NCBI GenBank assembly: GCA_963717145.1
Contig: OY970325.1
Location: 4,160,001 to 4,224,000, forward strand
Source: an uncultured Armatimonadetes bacterium
GTDB lineage: Bacteria > Armatimonadota > UBA5829 > DTJY01
Length of the DNA: 64,000 nt
Reading direction: 5' to 3'
A model generated the notes under the pieces. The model saw only the letters and a list, made by a program, of their open reading frames with translations. It had not been told where the DNA came from and ran no database searches. Positions 60,540 to 64,000 of the stretch are shown piece after piece. The translations under genes and the position numbers were made by a program. Positions within the stretch are counted from its first letter, which is position 1. Each line of letters begins with the position of its first letter.

Positions 60540-61739
60540 TCAGCGGCTATCGATGCCTGTCGGGGTACGCTCCCGATCCCGGGAGAAGATCCGATCATCC
60601 ACGGAGGCCAGTATTCCGTATGGTTGGCTGGTCGAAAGCATCGGGGATGACCGGTATTCGCGATACTGGTCGGTAACGAAGCTGAGTATCTGCGATTTGA
60701 ATACGGACACATCGAACATCTCGGCATGCGAGCGGATCATATAGGGATCAAACGTCGATGGATCGAGATCCGTCACCGCATGAGCCAGAGACTCGGGCGT
60801 CTGCTCGTGGAAGAACTTGCCGGTCACTCCGTCGACCACCGTCTCCAGCGCGCCGCCGGCAGCAAATGCCACAACGGGTTTGCCGCATGCCATCGCCTCG
60901 ACAGGCGTGAGGCCGAAGTCCTCGAGCCCCGGGAAGACGAGCGCCCTGCACTCGCGAAGACATCTTTTCGTCTCCTTCTCCGGCAGATGACCCAGGAACT
61001 CGACTGTCGGCCCGGCGTTCTTCTTCAGCCGTTTGGAGTCGCGCCCGTTGCCCACGATCTTCAGCGGCAATCTCAGGCGGTTGAAAGCCTCGATGGCGAC
61101 GTCTATCCGCTTGTACGGCAGCAGTCTGGAGAGGATCAGGAAGTACCCTTCGTCCTTTTCGCTCACTGTGAACCTGGAGGTATCGACTGGTGGATGGATA
61201 ATATCCGAGTCGCGCCGATAGTATTTCCAGATTCGCCGCCTGATCTCGTTCGAGATGGCTACGAAGTAATCGACGCGGTTCGAGGTGATCTCGTCCCATC
61301 GTCGCACCCGATGGATGACATACGGAAGGCAGAATCTCACGAATCGCGACAGCGGTTCCTGCTCGATGTACGTGTGATAGTTCCACGCGAAGCGCATCGG
61401 CGTGTAGCAGTAGCTGATATGGCAGGTATCCGGCGATGTAATGACTCCTTTGGCGAACGACGATGAGCTACTCAGGACTACATCGTATCCCGATAGATCG
61501 AACTGCTCGAAGGCGTAGGGGTACAGAGGAAGATACCGCCGGGCGTGCCTGCCTATCATGGGCAGATGCTGCATGAAGGAGGTTCGGATGTCGGCCGTCC
61601 GGAACGATGGACACACGGCGGAGGGAACGTAGACCGATGTGTAGATAGGAGCCTCGGGAAAAACCTCCCGAAATACCTTGACTACCTGCTCAGCGCCGCC
61701 CATCTGATTCAGGAAATCGTGGACAATTGCTACCTTCAT
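60540..61739 (-). CDS. Glycosyltransferase family 4
   Basis: HDFLNQMGGAE, CYTPMR, EDFGLTPVEAMACG. Confidence 0.9.
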   Translation of the reverse strand: MKVAIVHDFLNQMGGAEQVVKVFREVFPEAPIYTSVYVPSAVCPSFRTADIRTSFMQHLPMIGRHARRYLPLYPYAFEQFDLSGYDVVLSSSSSFAKGVITSPDTCHISYCYTPMRFAWNYHTYIEQEPLSRFVRFCLPYVIHRVRRWDEITSNRVDYFVAISNEIRRRIWKYYRRDSDIIHPPVDTSRFTVSEKDEGYFLILSRLLPYKRIDVAIEAFNRLRLPLKIVGNGRDSKRLKKNAGPTVEFLGHLPEKETKRCLRECRALVFPGLEDFGLTPVEAMACGKPVVAFAAGGALETVVDGVTGKFFHEQTPESLAHAVTDLDPSTFDPYMIRSHAEMFDVSVFKSQILSFVTDQYREYRSSPMLSTSQPYGILASVDDRIFSRDRERTPTGIDSR

Positions 61740-61760
61740 AGCCTGCTATCCCCTCGTCTT

Positions 61761-62849
61761 CTATGTGCCTTGGTAGATATTCAACGTCTGCCTGGCTGTT
61801 TCCTCCCACGTGAAGCTATGTACCCGGTTCAAGCCCTTAATACTCATGTCCCGCCTAAGATCAGGCGCCTGCAGGACTTTCAACATGGCAACGGCCAACT
61901 CCTCGACACATCGAGGCTCTACCATGATACCGGCGTCCCCGACCACCTCCGGGAGCGACGAGGCGTTCGATGTGATGACCGGAGTGCCGCATGCCATCGC
62001 CTCCAGCGGAGGAAGACCGAAGCCCTCGTACAGGGATGGGAAAACGAACAACTCCGCCGAGTTGTAGAGCAGAGGAAGCTCGGAGTCGGGGAACCCCCTG
62101 AGGAATACCGCCCGATCCGACATGCCGGCTGCCTCGATCCTTGCCCCGGTCCGTTGGCAGTCTTGGCTCCCGTCATCGAGCAGGACGAGCGGGTGGGGCA
62201 CATCGCCTCGGATCCGTGCCAGCGCATCGACAATCGAAGGGACGTTCTTATGCGGCTTGTGGTTGCCCACGTACAGGAGAAAACGGTCGGGGAGACTATG
62301 CCTGGACCTGAACTCCGCCTTCTCGGAGTCGCTATATGGCTGGAAGCGATCTTCGACTCCGAGGGGAATAACACGGATTTTGGACTCCGGAGCGCCGAAG
62401 AACTTGACTATATCTGCTCGGGCGGATTCCGAATGCGTGATCACGACACGGGCATTTCGGATCGACAGACGGATGGCGATCTCATAGACGGCTCTCTTGG
62501 CGACGGAGAGGCTCCGGGGATAATACGAATAGATGGTGTCGAAGATGCTCACGACATAGGGCATCGGGAGGCGATATGGATGCAGGAAATAGGGGAAGTG
62601 CGCGAGGTCGCTTCCCTGCAGCAGCGTGGGCAGCCCGGTGAACACTCGGGGCGAGAACTGGGGGATGTCGGTTTCCACTCGATGGAAGCGCCCATGGTCG
62701 GCCAACTCATCGAGTGCTCCGGGCCGACAAAGGATGGAGTACTCGTCCTCGGTATCCAGCTTGGTGAGGGCTCTCAGCGTGCTCTGAACCACCCTGCCGA
62801 TGCCGGTCGGCGATGAGAGTACCAGTCTCCCGTCGACTGCGATCCTCAA
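61761..62849 (-). CDS. Glycosyltransferase family 4 (mannosyltransferase-like)
   Basis: PHKN, PSLYEGFGLPPLEAMACG. Confidence 0.9.
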   Translation of the reverse strand: MRIAVDGRLVLSSPTGIGRVVQSTLRALTKLDTEDEYSILCRPGALDELADHGRFHRVETDIPQFSPRVFTGLPTLLQGSDLAHFPYFLHPYRLPMPYVVSIFDTIYSYYPRSLSVAKRAVYEIAIRLSIRNARVVITHSESARADIVKFFGAPESKIRVIPLGVEDRFQPYSDSEKAEFRSRHSLPDRFLLYVGNHKPHKNVPSIVDALARIRGDVPHPLVLLDDGSQDCQRTGARIEAAGMSDRAVFLRGFPDSELPLLYNSAELFVFPSLYEGFGLPPLEAMACGTPVITSNASSLPEVVGDAGIMVEPRCVEELAVAMLKVLQAPDLRRDMSIKGLNRVHSFTWEETARQTLNIYQGT

Positions 62850-63700
62850 TGCGCCTTTCCTTCTTCTTCCATCAGTAGCCGGACCTTGGCATCGGTCACG
62901 ACTTCATAGAAAGCGGAGAGCACACTGAGCTGGAGTCCCGCTTTCCCGTCCAGGAACCCGAGTTTGAAGAAATACATCCACAGAAACCTCAGGATCGGCT
63001 GGAATGGCAGGAAATGCTTCAGGTAGGAGGCCTTCGATGATCTGGGAATCCTCTTGTCCGCAAGAACCTGCCGGAAGCCGAGCTTTCCCTTTCTGGCGGT
63101 GATTCTGTCTCTCGCCTCCAGCGTGGTGTAGTTGTTCAGCCTCGCGACATACTGCTCCATGCTCGAGTAGCAGTAGTGAAGAATGTCCGCCTTGATGACT
63201 CCGGCTTTCCCTTCGTAGAGGAGCTTCGTGTGAATGCCCTTCCGGTCGTCGAACCTGGCCGTTCCTCGCCGGAAAAGCTGCGGATGCACCAGATCAGGAT
63301 ACCACCCGCAGTGCTTGATCCACCTTCCCAGGAATATGTTCCTTCTGGGGATGAAGTAGGCGTCGTACTCGTTCCGGTCCTCTGCCAGAATCTCCCTGAT
63401 TGCCGCGATCAGCTCGGGGGTGAGTCTGTAATCGGCATCCTGTTTGAAGATCCAGTCACCCGTGGCGGCGTCTACTCCGACGTTCCATTGTGTCGCCATG
63501 TTGATCTTGTGGTTCTGGATCAACTTGACCCCGGCCGCTCGGCAAATCTCCGCAGTACCATCCTCGCTGAACTCGTCCACCACGACGATCTCATCGGCGA
63601 ATGAGTTTCCCTCGAGAAACTCCGCCATATTGGCTTCTTCGTTCTTTGTGATGACGACTATGGAAAGCGTTTGCACTGATTCTTTCTCACTCCGTTCCAC
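62846..63700 (-). CDS. Glycosyltransferase family 2
   Basis: ITKNEE, VVDEFSEDGT, DAD, GWYPD, GFLDG. Confidence 0.9.
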   Translation of the reverse strand: MERSEKESVQTLSIVVITKNEEANMAEFLEGNSFADEIVVVDEFSEDGTAEICRAAGVKLIQNHKINMATQWNVGVDAATGDWIFKQDADYRLTPELIAAIREILAEDRNEYDAYFIPRRNIFLGRWIKHCGWYPDLVHPQLFRRGTARFDDRKGIHTKLLYEGKAGVIKADILHYCYSSMEQYVARLNNYTTLEARDRITARKGKLGFRQVLADKRIPRSSKASYLKHFLPFQPILRFLWMYFFKLGFLDGKAGLQLSVLSAFYEVVTDAKVRLLMEEEGKAH

Positions 63701-63748
63701 TGCTTAGGTATACGACGCTTGGACAGCAATACCCTGGTCGCGGGCGCG

Positions 63749-64000
63749 CTACTTCCACCGTTTCAGTGCTCGGCGAACGACCTTAGCCGTCAAGAGTTGC
63801 AGCAACTTGCGGGCGGGTATGCTCTCTCCGCGCATGAATCCGGGGTGGACGACGTCGATCATCCTGTCATCTCTATTCTGCGAGCAGGTCAGCAAATCGG
63901 GGTAGGCCGCGAGCTTCTCCGCACAGACGTAGAAGAAGAGCATTCTGGCAGTACCACGGCTGTATCCCGGGGATCTGCCATATCCTCGGACGCAACGCAT
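63749..64000 (-). CDS. 3' end of a probable glycan-locus SAM methyltransferase (partial; frameshift near 63940)
   Basis: ALRPRIW...PWYCQN in one frame continues as FFYV...YPDL...DVVHP in the next, a C-terminal pattern I recognise from this family. Confidence 0.5.
   Translation of the reverse strand: MRCVRGYGRSPGYSRGTARMLFFYVCAEKLAAYPDLLTCSQNRDDRMIDVVHPGFMRGESIPARKLLQLLTAKVVRRALKRWK

Overview
GC-rich bacterial chromosomal window, about 55 CDS, no rRNA, tRNA or CRISPR array seen. Two PEP-CTERM proteins, an SLH-plus-beta-barrel protein, ACT-fused DAHP synthase and many secreted glycan/sulfate enzymes suggest a diderm Terrabacteria lineage such as Armatimonadota (inference). Content: an ArsR-controlled Cys-rich protein/ABC-permease operon, sugar catabolism genes (iolB-like, glycerate kinase, GH130, GH29, DUF2961, clan-A GH, sulfatases), four toxin-antitoxin pairs, a tandem IS3 pair, an IS1182, a RAYT with cognate REPs, several other REP/MITE families, two ECF sigma loci and the end of a surface-polysaccharide operon. 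Most notable: (1) an ECF sigma whose downstream partner is a zinc anti-sigma (ZAS) domain fused to a PilB/GspE-type ATPase; (2) a shared CTGGTA-N4-TACCAG palindrome at the promoters of three secreted-protein genes; (3) a candidate sRNA carrying an anti-Shine-Dalgarno motif; (4) a 172-bp fold-back element with a perfect 9-bp target duplication; (5) a sulfatase-like enzyme with Thr at the nucleophile position. Six single-base frameshifts in five genes, including ispA, most likely reflect sequencing indels. All calls come from reading motifs by eye; no database search was run.
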